Source: Halarcobacter sp. (GTDB lineage Bacteria > Campylobacterota > Campylobacteria > Campylobacterales > Arcobacteraceae). From it: DNA of 64,000 nt. Positions within the stretch are counted from its first letter, which is position 1; every line of letters starts with the position of its first letter. Positions 10,639-20,273 of the stretch are shown here, in pieces. The position numbers and the translations under genes are program-made. Below the pieces are notes generated by a model. It was not told the DNA's origin. It ran no database searches and was given only the letters and a program-made list of their open reading frames with translations. The stretch covers positions 1,632,001-1,696,000 of the forward strand of contig OY781089.1 of the NCBI GenBank assembly GCA_963676565.1, read 5' to 3'.

Positions 10639-13044
10639 TTATTTAAATTCATTATATTTATCTTCATTAGTCATTGCAAGTCCTAGAGAGTGTAATGATT
10701 TCTCTATAATATTATCTTTATAACCCCATGATACAGATATTGTCAAATTTGGTTTAATCTCTTCATCTTTAGTAATAAAATTTAACTCTTTTATCTTTTC
10801 TATGTATTGTCTGTAGTCTTCATTTTTATTTAAAATAAAAGCAATTCTAGGACCATAAAATCTATATAGAGGAATAAAATTATTTATTTTCAATACATAA
10901 TCTTTAAAGAATTCATTGACTTTTTTATAATGGAATTTATTGTTTAACTCTATAAAATCATTGATATAAATCTCTACTAAAATAAACTCTTCTGTTTCAT
11001 CTTTTTGTAAAAGCTCTGCTTGTAGCTTATTTTTGTTATAAAGTGTTGTGACAGTATCTTGATAAATAGGGATACTTTTTATGTAACTAATTATTAAATT
11101 TATAATATTTTGTTTAATATATTCTTTGTTTTTTTGATAAATATTTTCAAAAATATGTTTATATACCTTTGAATAAGCTATTTTTAGTTTATACCCATCT
11201 ATTAATGGAATATCTATACGTTCATAACCTAGGTCTATTAGTATACAATCTTCTTCACATAAACCTTCTACTGCAACAAATGTAAGTCCATAAAAGATAT
11301 CTTCTGAGATAAAATGCTCAATATATTTATTTAAAAGTTGATTATTTAAACCCTCATCATTAAAAATCTTAGTAACTATATTTGATAGATCTTGATTTAT
11401 TTGATATTTTAAATTAACTTCCTCTTGCTCAAAATATTCATTCATCAATTTTTGACCTATTTCAACATACTTTGAATCTGATATTAAAACACCTTCCAGA
11501 TTCATTTTTTGGATATTTGATTTCCCATGATTATAAAGAATATCTTTGTTTAATTTTGCATATTCATTTTCCAATAAATCTTTTCCATTTATACTTACAT
11601 AATAAAAATAGTATAAAGATGATTTTTTGATAGAATCATAATCAAAATAATAAGAAAAATATAATGATAAAGATAAATATAATTTTGAATAAATTGACAT
11701 AAGATGTGATGCAATTTTATTTTCTTCAATATAATCAATTATTTTTTTAATGATGTTAGAATCTAATTTGTCTGATTTATTATAGATGAATTTATTTATA
11801 ATGACGTCACAAATATTTAATTTATAAAATTCATGATAGTCATTTTTAAACTTTTCAAAATTAAGAAGAATTTCCAAAATTTTAGACATTTTCTCATCAT
11901 CGATATTTGGTGCATAAAGTATTAAAGAATAAATAATATGCATATTTGAGCTGTTAAAGTCGCAATTATCTATAAACTCATTTATAATATCTTCATATTT
12001 TTTTGTTTCATAATCTTTATAATAGATATAAGAATAGTTTGATAAAAGTTCTTCTTTTAAACTATCTAGACTATTAAATACAGGTACATTTTTATGGGTG
12101 ATTATTTGTTTATACAAGTTGATAATATCTTTAAATTTTTCAATACTATGATAATCTTCTTCTTCATAAGTTAATTCAAGTTTATATAAAAGGTTCAATA
12201 ATAGTGTAGTTGAAGAGTTTAGAAAAATATAATAGTATTCATGGCTGTCATTGTCATTTGCAAAGTTTGTATTTTTTGATAAGTCATAACCTTCATAAAT
12301 CTTTTCAAAATTAAAAGTAAATTCTTCTATTAAGTATTCACAGTTTTTATTTGAAGCATCAATGTAAGGGATATGAGAGTAATAAAATAAAAGTTTTCCT
12401 AGAATGTTGTTCAAAGTATTTATTTTATCTACATCAAGTTCAAGGCTAAATTTAACAATATTAATTGTTTCACTAATTACATTAACTAAAGGGTTAATGG
12501 TCTTTTTTCTTAGAATATCAATTGAATTTATAGTACATAGTTCATTTATAACTTCTATTAAAATAGTATATAACTCAAATGTTAAATCAAAGTTTTCTTG
12601 ATCTTTATCTTTTAAATTTTGTAGCTCTTTTTCATATTCTCTAAATAGATTTCCTAGGATTTCCATATTATAAAAATTGTAACTCTCAAAAATATCAAAT
12701 TTTTTTCCCATTGATAATAAATTTACAATGATTATAATCTCTTTAAAAACTACTGTTGTAGAATCATCAAGAATATTTTTCATCTTATTTTGAATATATG
12801 AGAGCAGATATCTTTTAAAATTGATATTTGAAGTTATTTCATGTGCAATATCATCGGGAATATTCTTATTATCAATATATAATTCACTAATATAATTTAT
12901 TAAAGCATTATAGTCATCATTTAGATTATCTAAAAAGGAAGTATTAGTTTTTATATTGTACTTTGAAAGTAAGTTTGTAACAACAAAATCTTCTAAGTCT
13001 ACATCCAAAAATTCAGAGGCAGTGCTTTTTTTTATTATAAACAT
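10639..13044 (-). CDS. Large helical protein with C-terminal degenerate GGDEF-like domain
   Basis: C-terminus YQDTVTTLYNKNKL...INDFIELNNKF...LYRFYGPRIAFIL...LTISVSWG fits GGDEF fold spacing; N-terminal ~650 aa not recognised. Confidence 0.65.
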   Translation of the reverse strand: MFIIKKSTASEFLDVDLEDFVVTNLLSKYNIKTNTSFLDNLNDDYNALINYISELYIDNKNIPDDIAHEITSNINFKRYLLSYIQNKMKNILDDSTTVVFKEIIIIVNLLSMGKKFDIFESYNFYNMEILGNLFREYEKELQNLKDKDQENFDLTFELYTILIEVINELCTINSIDILRKKTINPLVNVISETINIVKFSLELDVDKINTLNNILGKLLFYYSHIPYIDASNKNCEYLIEEFTFNFEKIYEGYDLSKNTNFANDNDSHEYYYIFLNSSTTLLLNLLYKLELTYEEEDYHSIEKFKDIINLYKQIITHKNVPVFNSLDSLKEELLSNYSYIYYKDYETKKYEDIINEFIDNCDFNSSNMHIIYSLILYAPNIDDEKMSKILEILLNFEKFKNDYHEFYKLNICDVIINKFIYNKSDKLDSNIIKKIIDYIEENKIASHLMSIYSKLYLSLSLYFSYYFDYDSIKKSSLYYFYYVSINGKDLLENEYAKLNKDILYNHGKSNIQKMNLEGVLISDSKYVEIGQKLMNEYFEQEEVNLKYQINQDLSNIVTKIFNDEGLNNQLLNKYIEHFISEDIFYGLTFVAVEGLCEEDCILIDLGYERIDIPLIDGYKLKIAYSKVYKHIFENIYQKNKEYIKQNIINLIISYIKSIPIYQDTVTTLYNKNKLQAELLQKDETEEFILVEIYINDFIELNNKFHYKKVNEFFKDYVLKINNFIPLYRFYGPRIAFILNKNEDYRQYIEKIKELNFITKDEEIKPNLTISVSWGYKDNIIEKSLHSLGLAMTNEDKYNEFK

Positions 13045-13088
13045 AGTGAATCCTAAAAAGAAGATAATCTATTATATAACTTTAAAAC

Positions 13089-13706
13089 TTACAAACCTTG
13101 AAGTATTATATTCCATAAATAGTCAATCTCTTCATCTTCAAAGGAGATTGTATTCATATCATCAAAAAGTTCTCTTATTTTTTTTATTTTAAATTTTCTA
13201 CTATAAGCACATGAAGGATGGACTGGCATAAAGCTTCTGACTAGTGAAACATCTTTTTTTATATCCTCTTCACACAAAAAACAGTTTAGTTCATTATGTA
13301 GTCTGCCCTCATATTCTAAAAGTTTTAAATAGTTTTTACAAATGGCTCTTTTAGGGTTTTGTTTTATCATTTGATGGGACAATTTATCTAATAGTTCAAA
13401 ATAAAAAGTGTCAATATCTTCCACATCTTTTAGATGTGGATAGAAAAGTTTTATAAATCTTTGCCAACAATATAGTTTCTCATTGTCAAATATCCATTCA
13501 AATCCTAATTGAATCACATCTTTTAGTCTTGGGATAGTACTTTTTAAGTTAGATTCTAGTTCAAAATCAATCTTATACCCAACATTTATATTTGAGTGTC
13601 TTGCTCCATAAAATCTATAAGTTGTGAATATATGATTTTCACTTAAAATTGAAACGATCAAATCATCATCTTTAACCGATTTTATGTCTATAATGTAGCC
13701 TTGCAT
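13089..13706 (-). CDS. recO: Recombination protein RecO (Campylobacterota type)
   Basis: MQGYII...YRFYGARHS N-terminus, LLEYEGRLH, CFLC...HPSC zinc motif. Confidence 0.9.
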   Translation of the reverse strand: MQGYIIDIKSVKDDDLIVSILSENHIFTTYRFYGARHSNINVGYKIDFELESNLKSTIPRLKDVIQLGFEWIFDNEKLYCWQRFIKLFYPHLKDVEDIDTFYFELLDKLSHQMIKQNPKRAICKNYLKLLEYEGRLHNELNCFLCEEDIKKDVSLVRSFMPVHPSCAYSRKFKIKKIRELFDDMNTISFEDEEIDYLWNIILQGL

Positions 13707-13814
13707 AACACTTTCTATAAATAATTTAAAAAAATTATATCAAATCTAAAATAGAAATTTGCTTCAAATAAAATTTATGCTAAAATATTTCAAACATTTT
13801 AAAAGGGAAAATAA

Positions 13815-14144
13815 ATGGATTTTAGTAACGTTAATATTGCCAAGGAAGCTAGTATTCTTTATAACGGAAATATCACGAGTAGAGGTATAACTTTTGAAGA
13901 TGGAAGTAAAAAAACATTAGGAATTATGTTACCTGGTGAGTACGAGTTAAATACAGTTAATAAAGCTACAATAGATATCAATTCTGGTTCGCTTGAAGTT
14001 ATGTTACCTGCTGAAGATTGGGTTGAGTATACTGCACCTGCTAGTATTGAAATTTCTCAAAACTCAAAGTACAAATTAAAAGTTACATCATTAGTTGATT
14101 ATTGTTGTTCTTTTGAAAAGGTATCATACAATAAGAATAAGTAG
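13815..14144 (+). CDS. ppnP: Pyrimidine/purine nucleoside phosphorylase (DUF1255 cupin)
   Basis: YNGNITSR, DGSKKTLGIMLPGEY, VDYCCSF. Confidence 0.85.
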   Translation: MDFSNVNIAKEASILYNGNITSRGITFEDGSKKTLGIMLPGEYELNTVNKATIDINSGSLEVMLPAEDWVEYTAPASIEISQNSKYKLKVTSLVDYCCSFEKVSYNKNK

Positions 14145-14213
14145 GAGATAAAGTATTTACTTTATCTTTTATTAAGAATAAGTAGGAGATAAAGTATTTA
14201 CTTTATCTTTTAT
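14132..14213 (+). repeat. Exact 41-bp tandem duplication containing the ppnP stop codon and terminator hairpin
   Basis: taagaataagtaggagataaagtatttactttatcttttat at 14132-14172 and 14173-14213; each copy has the stem agataaagt/actttatct followed by a T-run. Confidence 0.95.
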
Positions 14214-14217
14214 TTTT

Positions 14218-14364
14218 CTACATCAAAATTTTTTCACTCTTTCTATTACAATAAATTTCGATTAATATTAATGAAACTACTATAGACGTTATCATCCAAA
14301 AATATGGAATGTAAAAAGCTAAAATCAATAAAACAAAAATCATTGTTATTAATAGATATTTCAT
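14218..14364 (-). CDS. Small hydrophobic membrane protein, 48 aa (below the ORF track cut-off)
   Basis: Hand translation MKYLLITMIFVLLILAFYIPYFWMITSIVVSLILIEIYCNRKSEKILM; AAGG upstream; ends at the duplicated hairpin. Confidence 0.55.
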   Translation of the reverse strand: MKYLLITMIFVLLILAFYIPYFWMITSIVVSLILIEIYCNRKSEKILM

Positions 14365-14450
14365 ACCTGAAACCTTAAAATAAATTAATAATATAATAAT
14401 ATATAAAAGTAAATAAAAAGTAAATTATAAAATAGTTTTAGTTGATAAAA

Positions 14451-14479
14451 AAAGCTCTAAAAATTAATTTTAGAGCTTT
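14451..14479 (-). terminator. Terminator hairpin downstream of the SOR-like gene
   Basis: aaagctctaaaa/ttttagagcttt with an A-run on + (U-run on -). Confidence 0.65.
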
Positions 14480-14514
14480 GTATAAGTTATTTGTTTATTT
14501 TAGAACTTTGAAGA

Positions 14515-14901
14515 TTATTCAGCTACAGAAACTTCTACAGGTGTAGATTCCCAAATACCGTGTTTTGTACAGTATCCGTGTGCAACAAGGTTTAATTTTT
14601 TACCAGTTGGAATAATTGTAAATGTTGTAGTATTATGAGCTTTAACATTTCCTAATGTTCCTGGAACATAAGATGCCTTTGCTAATTGAGTATCCCCATT
14701 AAATAGTGTTACTGACTCAATATAGTGATCAAAATCATCAGGGTGAGTATATTCGTTACCCATTTTTACAGTTACTTCAAATGGTTCACCTTTTTTTGCA
14801 GTTTCAGCACAGTGGATAAATGGTGAGTGTCTATCAATTAAGTCTCTTTTTGCTTCTCTCTCAACAGTATCGATGTCAACATATTTGTTAATTTTTGGCA
14901 T
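14515..14901 (-). CDS. Desulfoferrodoxin/neelaredoxin-like superoxide reductase (class II SORL domain)
   Basis: DRHSP, YTHPDDFDHYI, YCTKHGIW iron ligands. Confidence 0.88.
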   Translation of the reverse strand: MPKINKYVDIDTVEREAKRDLIDRHSPFIHCAETAKKGEPFEVTVKMGNEYTHPDDFDHYIESVTLFNGDTQLAKASYVPGTLGNVKAHNTTTFTIIPTGKKLNLVAHGYCTKHGIWESTPVEVSVAE

Positions 14902-14952
14902 ATTATTTCTCCTTAATAAAATTGGTGTGCATTATATCGAAAAATCTTGAAT

Positions 14953-14974
14953 TAATAAGATAATTATTTTATTA
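14953..14974. promoter_or_regulatory. Fur/PerR-like palindrome upstream of the SOR-like gene
   Basis: taataagataa/ttattttatta, 10 of 11 positions palindromic, at the -35 position of a minus-strand TATAAT (14931-14936); AT-rich background lowers certainty. Confidence 0.4.
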
Positions 14975-15031
14975 AAATTGTTTTTAAGAAAAATATCAGA
15001 AATAAAAGCTTCATTATGATAACATTCTTTG

Positions 15032-15856
15032 ATGAATAAAGAAGATTATTTTATAAAACAATTTGATAAGAACTCATCTTTTATAGGAGATGATGGTGCT
15101 TTAGTTGATAATATTGTATACAGTAATGATGCTTTTTTTGAAGATGTTCATTTCAAAAAAGATTGGTTTAGTTTAAAACAGATTGCAAGAAAAGCAATGT
15201 TGGTAAATATCTCTGATGCAATTGCTATGAATGCAGTTCCTAAATATGCACTACTTACAGTTGCCATTCCTAAAGAATATACAAAAAAAGATATTAAAAA
15301 ATTGGCACAAGGTTTTTTAGAAGTTGCTAAAGAGTATGGAATTGAGATAATTGGTGGAGATACCATCTCTAATATAAAACTTGATATTAGCGTTACTATT
15401 ATTTCAAAAACAAATGATGCAAAATTAAGAAATGGAATCAAAAAAGATGATTTGATTTGCTATACAGGAGATTTAGGTACTTGTAAAAAAGATCTGGAAA
15501 AACTTTTGGCAGGGAAGAAAATCTTAAAAACATCAAAATTTTATGAGCCTAAATTAAAAGCAGAATTTTTTTATGAAGTTTCAAAGTATGTAAATGCAGC
15601 AATGGATATCTCAGATGGTTTATTTTTTGAACTTGAAAGAATGTCTAAACAAAGTAAGGTTGGTTTTAAGTTTTTTGATAATATTTCAAAAGAAATAGCT
15701 TGTTCAGGTGAAGAGTATGAACTTTTATTCTCTTTTTCACCAAAGCATATTAACAAAATAGAAGAGATAGCAAAAAAGCATAATGTAATTTTAAACATTT
15801 TTGCAAAAGCCAATAAAGGCAAATTTAGATGTGATTGTAAAAATCACCATTTTTAA
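15032..15856 (+). CDS. thiL: Thiamine-monophosphate kinase
   Basis: IGDDGA, EDVHF, VNISDAIAMNA, IIGGDT, MDISDGL, GEEYELLF. Confidence 0.93.
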   Translation: MNKEDYFIKQFDKNSSFIGDDGALVDNIVYSNDAFFEDVHFKKDWFSLKQIARKAMLVNISDAIAMNAVPKYALLTVAIPKEYTKKDIKKLAQGFLEVAKEYGIEIIGGDTISNIKLDISVTIISKTNDAKLRNGIKKDDLICYTGDLGTCKKDLEKLLAGKKILKTSKFYEPKLKAEFFYEVSKYVNAAMDISDGLFFELERMSKQSKVGFKFFDNISKEIACSGEEYELLFSFSPKHINKIEEIAKKHNVILNIFAKANKGKFRCDCKNHHF

Positions 15857-15872
15857 AAAGGAAAAATATAAT

Positions 15873-16937
15873 TTGAAAAATCTACAAAGGTATTTAAACC
15901 ATTCAAAAATTGATGTTCACTTTAAACAAAGTAAGGAAGACTTTGTTGTTACAGAAGTTCCATTATATGAATTCTCAGGTGAGGGTGAACATATAATCAT
16001 AAAGTTTAGAAAAAAAGATTTGACAACATGGGATGCTGTTCAAATTTTTTCAGAACAACTTGGATGTAAAAGTAGAGATATAGGATATGCAGGATTAAAA
16101 GATAAAAATGCTATGACAGTTCAGCATATATCAGTTCCAAAACAATGTGAAGCAAATATAGAAAAATTTGCCCATGATAATATTAAGATTTTAGAGAAAA
16201 CTTATCATAATAATAAAGTTAGAGTAGGGCATTTAAAAGGAAATAAATTTTTTATTAGACTTAAAAGAGTTACACCTTTAGATGCAAAAAAAATTGAAGA
16301 GGCTGTTTCAAGTATTTCTAAATATGGTATGCCAAATTATTTCGGGTTTCAAAGGTTTGGAATAGAAGGGGATAATTATAAAAAGGGTGAAGCTATTATA
16401 AATGGTGAATTAAAAGAAAAAAATAGAAAACTAAAGCAGATGTATATAAATGCTTATCAAAGTTATCTTTTTAACTCTTGGTTATCAAAGAGAATTGAAA
16501 TTTCAAAACTAATTGAGGCCTTTGAACCAAAAGAGATTTATGAAAAACTACAATTACCTTTAGATGTTGTAAAACTTATGAAATCCCAAGAACATCCATT
16601 TAAAATTGTTTCAGGTGATTTAATGAGCCATTATCCCTATGGAAGAATCTTTTATGTTGAAAACATGGAAGAGGAAGCTAATAAATTTTCTAAGTTTGAT
16701 AGAGTTCCAACTGGTTTACTTTGTGGTAGAAGAGTAAAAAAATCAGAAGATTTAGCTCAAACAATAGAAAAAGAGTTTGATAAAGAGATGAAAGAGGATG
16801 GAGCAAGAAGATTTGCTTGGATTTTTCCAACTGAGATAGAATCAAACTATAAAGAAGATAAAAATTGGATGGAATTGCAGTTTTATTTACCTAAGGGTTC
16901 ATATGCAACTGAATTTATTGCAGAAATTATTCATTAG
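15873..16937 (+). CDS. truD: tRNA pseudouridine(13) synthase
   Basis: EDFVVTE, YAGLKDKNAMTVQ, GHLKGNKF, PNYFGFQRFG, LPKGSYAT; TTG start after AAGGA. Confidence 0.95.
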   Translation: MKNLQRYLNHSKIDVHFKQSKEDFVVTEVPLYEFSGEGEHIIIKFRKKDLTTWDAVQIFSEQLGCKSRDIGYAGLKDKNAMTVQHISVPKQCEANIEKFAHDNIKILEKTYHNNKVRVGHLKGNKFFIRLKRVTPLDAKKIEEAVSSISKYGMPNYFGFQRFGIEGDNYKKGEAIINGELKEKNRKLKQMYINAYQSYLFNSWLSKRIEISKLIEAFEPKEIYEKLQLPLDVVKLMKSQEHPFKIVSGDLMSHYPYGRIFYVENMEEEANKFSKFDRVPTGLLCGRRVKKSEDLAQTIEKEFDKEMKEDGARRFAWIFPTEIESNYKEDKNWMELQFYLPKGSYATEFIAEIIH

Positions 16938-17026
16938 CTAAAGAAACTATAAGTACATATTTTACTTTATTATTTTTAAGTTAATTTAGGTTAAACTTTT
17001 TTTAATGAATGAAAAAGGGCCAAATA

Positions 17027-17386
17027 ATGACTTATGAAGAATTGATAAAAGAGTTATGTGATGTTATAAAAGAATCTGAAGTAAATTCAGTTTCAATCTA
17101 TGAAAATTTAGAAGACTTAAATTCAAAAATTGAAAACTTTGATATTCCTGCACACGATAAAAGTAAAATTCAAGATAATATTTCAAGTTCTTTAGGTCTT
17201 CTTCAACATCAAGATTTACACAGACAAAAAATAGAAAGAGTTGTAAATTATGTTTGTGAAAAGAATAATATTGATTCTAGTGAGTATAATATTTCAAATT
17301 CTGCTAAAACAATATCAAGTGAAGATAGTGAAGATTTTATGTCACAAGATGAACTTGATGCTTTAATAAAAAGTATGAATCCTTAA
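17027..17386 (+). CDS. Short CheZ-like chemotaxis phosphatase
   Basis: LQHQDLHRQKIERVV (D-x3-Q catalytic motif) and C-terminal SQDELDALI CheY-binding-type peptide. Confidence 0.75.
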   Translation: MTYEELIKELCDVIKESEVNSVSIYENLEDLNSKIENFDIPAHDKSKIQDNISSSLGLLQHQDLHRQKIERVVNYVCEKNNIDSSEYNISNSAKTISSEDSEDFMSQDELDALIKSMNP

Positions 17387-17407
17387 AGATAAAAAGGGAT
17401 TTCCTTT

Positions 17408-19594
17408 TTATCTTTTACATACATCTTTTTTAAGACGGTTAAGGTTTCCAAAGATTCTTAGTGATTCTATTTCAACCTCTTTAGCTTTTTCGTTGATTAT
17501 TGAATTATTTTGTTTTTCTGAGTTTACATCAACAAGGTTTTGTAGTTTTTTTGTTAAGTTCTCATTTAACTTTTTTAATTCTTCAATTGATTGATGGTTT
17601 GCATCTGGATTGATTTTTATATAGTTTTCAATCCATGTTCCTATTGAATTTTTTCTTTCAACTTGATATTGTGAATATGAACCAAGATTAGAATATACTT
17701 TATCTTTTAAAGAAAGTATTCCAACTTTTAAACTAGCTGTATCATACACTAAATCAATATTACAAACTTCATCTCTAGATTCTTGTAAGAATTCTGCTCT
17801 TGAAGCTGCTGTTACTAAAGAAGTAGACATATGTGCAATCTCTGCAGACATTTTAGAGATTCTATCAGCTACTTGTGCATTTTGTTGTGTAGCTTGGTCA
17901 AGCATAGTAACTGCATCATTAATTTGAGTAATTCCTCTCTCTTGTTCTTTAGACGAAGTTGCTACAAAGTCAATTTTTTCAATGGTTGAACTAATATTGT
18001 CATTTAATACTGTATATCCAGAAATCATATTATCAGAGATTTTTTTACCATCTTGAGCTTTTTGTGTTGCTTTTTCAACTATTTCTTTAATCTCTTTTGC
18101 AGCCTCTGCACTTCTACTAGCTAGATTTCTAACCTCTTGTGCAACAACTGCAAAACCTTTACCTGCTTCACCAGCTGTAGCAGCTTCAACTGCAGCATTT
18201 AGTGATAAAATATTAGTTTGGAATGAGATTTGATCAATCACTTCAATTGCTTCATTTATTGAGCTAACTTGAGTATTAATGTCATCCATTGCATTTGCAG
18301 TTCTATTAGCTAAGTTTTGACCATCTTCTGCTGATTTAGTAACTTTTTGAGCTAACTCTGCCATTTCAATAGAAGCTCTTGTGTTACCTTGTATATTTGC
18401 TGTAATTTGTTCTAATGCTGCAGCTGTTTCTTCTAAAGATGCCGCTTGTTGGTTTGACGCTTGAGACAAGTCATTAGATGCTTTAGATAATGTGTGGGTA
18501 TTTTTATCTAAAGAATCACCCGTATTCATAATCATTGCTAGTATTTCTGAAGTGTTATTTCCTACAAGTTTTATACCAGCAGTTAATGAACCTAAATCTC
18601 CATAAATTCCTCTATCATCAATTTTATGATCAAATTTTGATTTTGAATATTCTCTAAGTGTTGCATTTATTTTATCTAATGTCTCTTTTGTATTTGAGAT
18701 CATGATATTTAATTTATTTTTTAAATCCTCAACATATGGGTTAGAAGCTTTTGACTCAACTTTATAAACAAAGAAACCATTTCCAGTTTTTTCTAAAATA
18801 TCATTTGCTTCTTCTATTACTTTTTCATCTTGTTTTAAACCTTCTCTAACTTTATCCATATATGAGTTGAATAAATCTGCTACCTCTCCAACTTCATCTT
18901 TAGATACAACATCTAGTTTTATATTTGCATCATTTGAGTCAAGCAGGTTTTGGAATCCCTCTTTTAGTTTATTAATAGGATTTGTAGTTCTTTTTACAAT
19001 TATAAAAATCAATCCAATTGTTATCCACCCAAATATTGTAGATAAAATTAAAATTTCAACAACTAAATCAGCTATTCGGTCATCTGATTCGTCAAGTGAA
19101 AATGTTAAGTCCATTACACCAATAACATCACCTTCTTGTTGATTAGCATGACACATCAAACACTCTTGTGTAGCAACCATTGGTTTAATCATTCTTAAAT
19201 CGTGTACACCATTTTCAGTTGTTTCAATTAGTTGATTCTCTTTTGTTTTAAATGATTTTAAGATATCTTTATCTTTTGTATACTCTGTCCCTGGCGCATA
19301 CATCTCAATTAAACCTTGACTTTTTGCAATATTTAAGATTTTTACACCTTTAATAGTTCTTGCTTCATCTTCTGCTTTTTGAATTTGTGCAGGATCACCT
19401 GTATTCATTGCATTTCTTAAACTTTGAAACATCGCAGTGTTTAACATTTCAAGATTTTCTTTTGTTACTACAATAGAATCTTTTTTTACTTGTTCGGTTG
19501 TAAAATAAGTAACAATCAAACTTGAAAGTGTCATTAATATAAGTAACGAAAATATAATTTTATTACTTATTTTTTTTGTTATTAATTCTAGCAT
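17408..19594 (-). CDS. Methyl-accepting chemotaxis protein with periplasmic c-type heme sensor, HAMP and degenerate CZB-like tail
   Basis: TM-CLMCH-TM, DEVGEVA (HAMP), [34 protein letters not shown] hairpin tip. Confidence 0.93.
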   Translation of the reverse strand: MLELITKKISNKIIFSLLILMTLSSLIVTYFTTEQVKKDSIVVTKENLEMLNTAMFQSLRNAMNTGDPAQIQKAEDEARTIKGVKILNIAKSQGLIEMYAPGTEYTKDKDILKSFKTKENQLIETTENGVHDLRMIKPMVATQECLMCHANQQEGDVIGVMDLTFSLDESDDRIADLVVEILILSTIFGWITIGLIFIIVKRTTNPINKLKEGFQNLLDSNDANIKLDVVSKDEVGEVADLFNSYMDKVREGLKQDEKVIEEANDILEKTGNGFFVYKVESKASNPYVEDLKNKLNIMISNTKETLDKINATLREYSKSKFDHKIDDRGIYGDLGSLTAGIKLVGNNTSEILAMIMNTGDSLDKNTHTLSKASNDLSQASNQQAASLEETAAALEQITANIQGNTRASIEMAELAQKVTKSAEDGQNLANRTANAMDDINTQVSSINEAIEVIDQISFQTNILSLNAAVEAATAGEAGKGFAVVAQEVRNLASRSAEAAKEIKEIVEKATQKAQDGKKISDNMISGYTVLNDNISSTIEKIDFVATSSKEQERGITQINDAVTMLDQATQQNAQVADRISKMSAEIAHMSTSLVTAASRAEFLQESRDEVCNIDLVYDTASLKVGILSLKDKVYSNLGSYSQYQVERKNSIGTWIENYIKINPDANHQSIEELKKLNENLTKKLQNLVDVNSEKQNNSIINEKAKEVEIESLRIFGNLNRLKKDVCKR

Positions 19595-19691
19595 TATTCT
19601 CATCCCCATGAATTAAGCTTATATACTGTATAATGTACTATTATAATTATTAATAAAATATTAAATTTAGTTAAAAGATGTAGAGAATTAT

Positions 19692-20252
19692 ATGATTGTA
19701 GGTATTGAAGGAACAATTGAAAGAAAAGAACCAACATTATTAAATGTAAATGTTGGTGGAATAATTTACGAAGTTTTTGTTTCAGTTAACTGTAGTTCAA
19801 AAATTATTGATACAAAAATAAAGCTTTTTATTACTCATATTATTAGAGAAGATTCACAAACTTTATATGGTTTCTTAGACCCCAATGAAAAAAAACTTTT
19901 TGATACTGTAATAAAAATAAATGGTGTTGGTCCAAAGGTAGCATTAGCTATTTGTTCAACTTTTACCCCTAGTTCTTTTGCAAATATTGTTAGTTCAAAT
20001 GATATCTCAATGTTAAAAAGAGTACCTGGTATTGGTCCTAAGGGTGCAAGTAGAATTTTAGTAGAGTTGTCAGGATTTATTATTGATGGTGAAGAAGATG
20101 GTAACACTGATTCAAATCATAATATTGAAGCAGCACTTGCTTTAGAGTCTTTAGGGTTTAAAAAAGATATAGTATCAAAAGTACTTAAAAACTGTAAATC
20201 TACAAGTACAAGTGATTTAGTAAGAGAAGCACTTAAATTTCTACAAAAATAA
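19692..20252 (+). CDS. ruvA: Holliday junction branch migration protein RuvA
   Basis: [33 protein letters not shown]. Confidence 0.96.
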   Translation: MIVGIEGTIERKEPTLLNVNVGGIIYEVFVSVNCSSKIIDTKIKLFITHIIREDSQTLYGFLDPNEKKLFDTVIKINGVGPKVALAICSTFTPSSFANIVSSNDISMLKRVPGIGPKGASRILVELSGFIIDGEEDGNTDSNHNIEAALALESLGFKKDIVSKVLKNCKSTSTSDLVREALKFLQK

Positions 20253-20273
20253 TAAAACTATAGGAGACATAGA

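Noticed and set aside
14132..14213. Possible CRISPR mini-array
   Set aside because: Two directly adjacent copies with no spacer and no cas genes; the unit is a terminator
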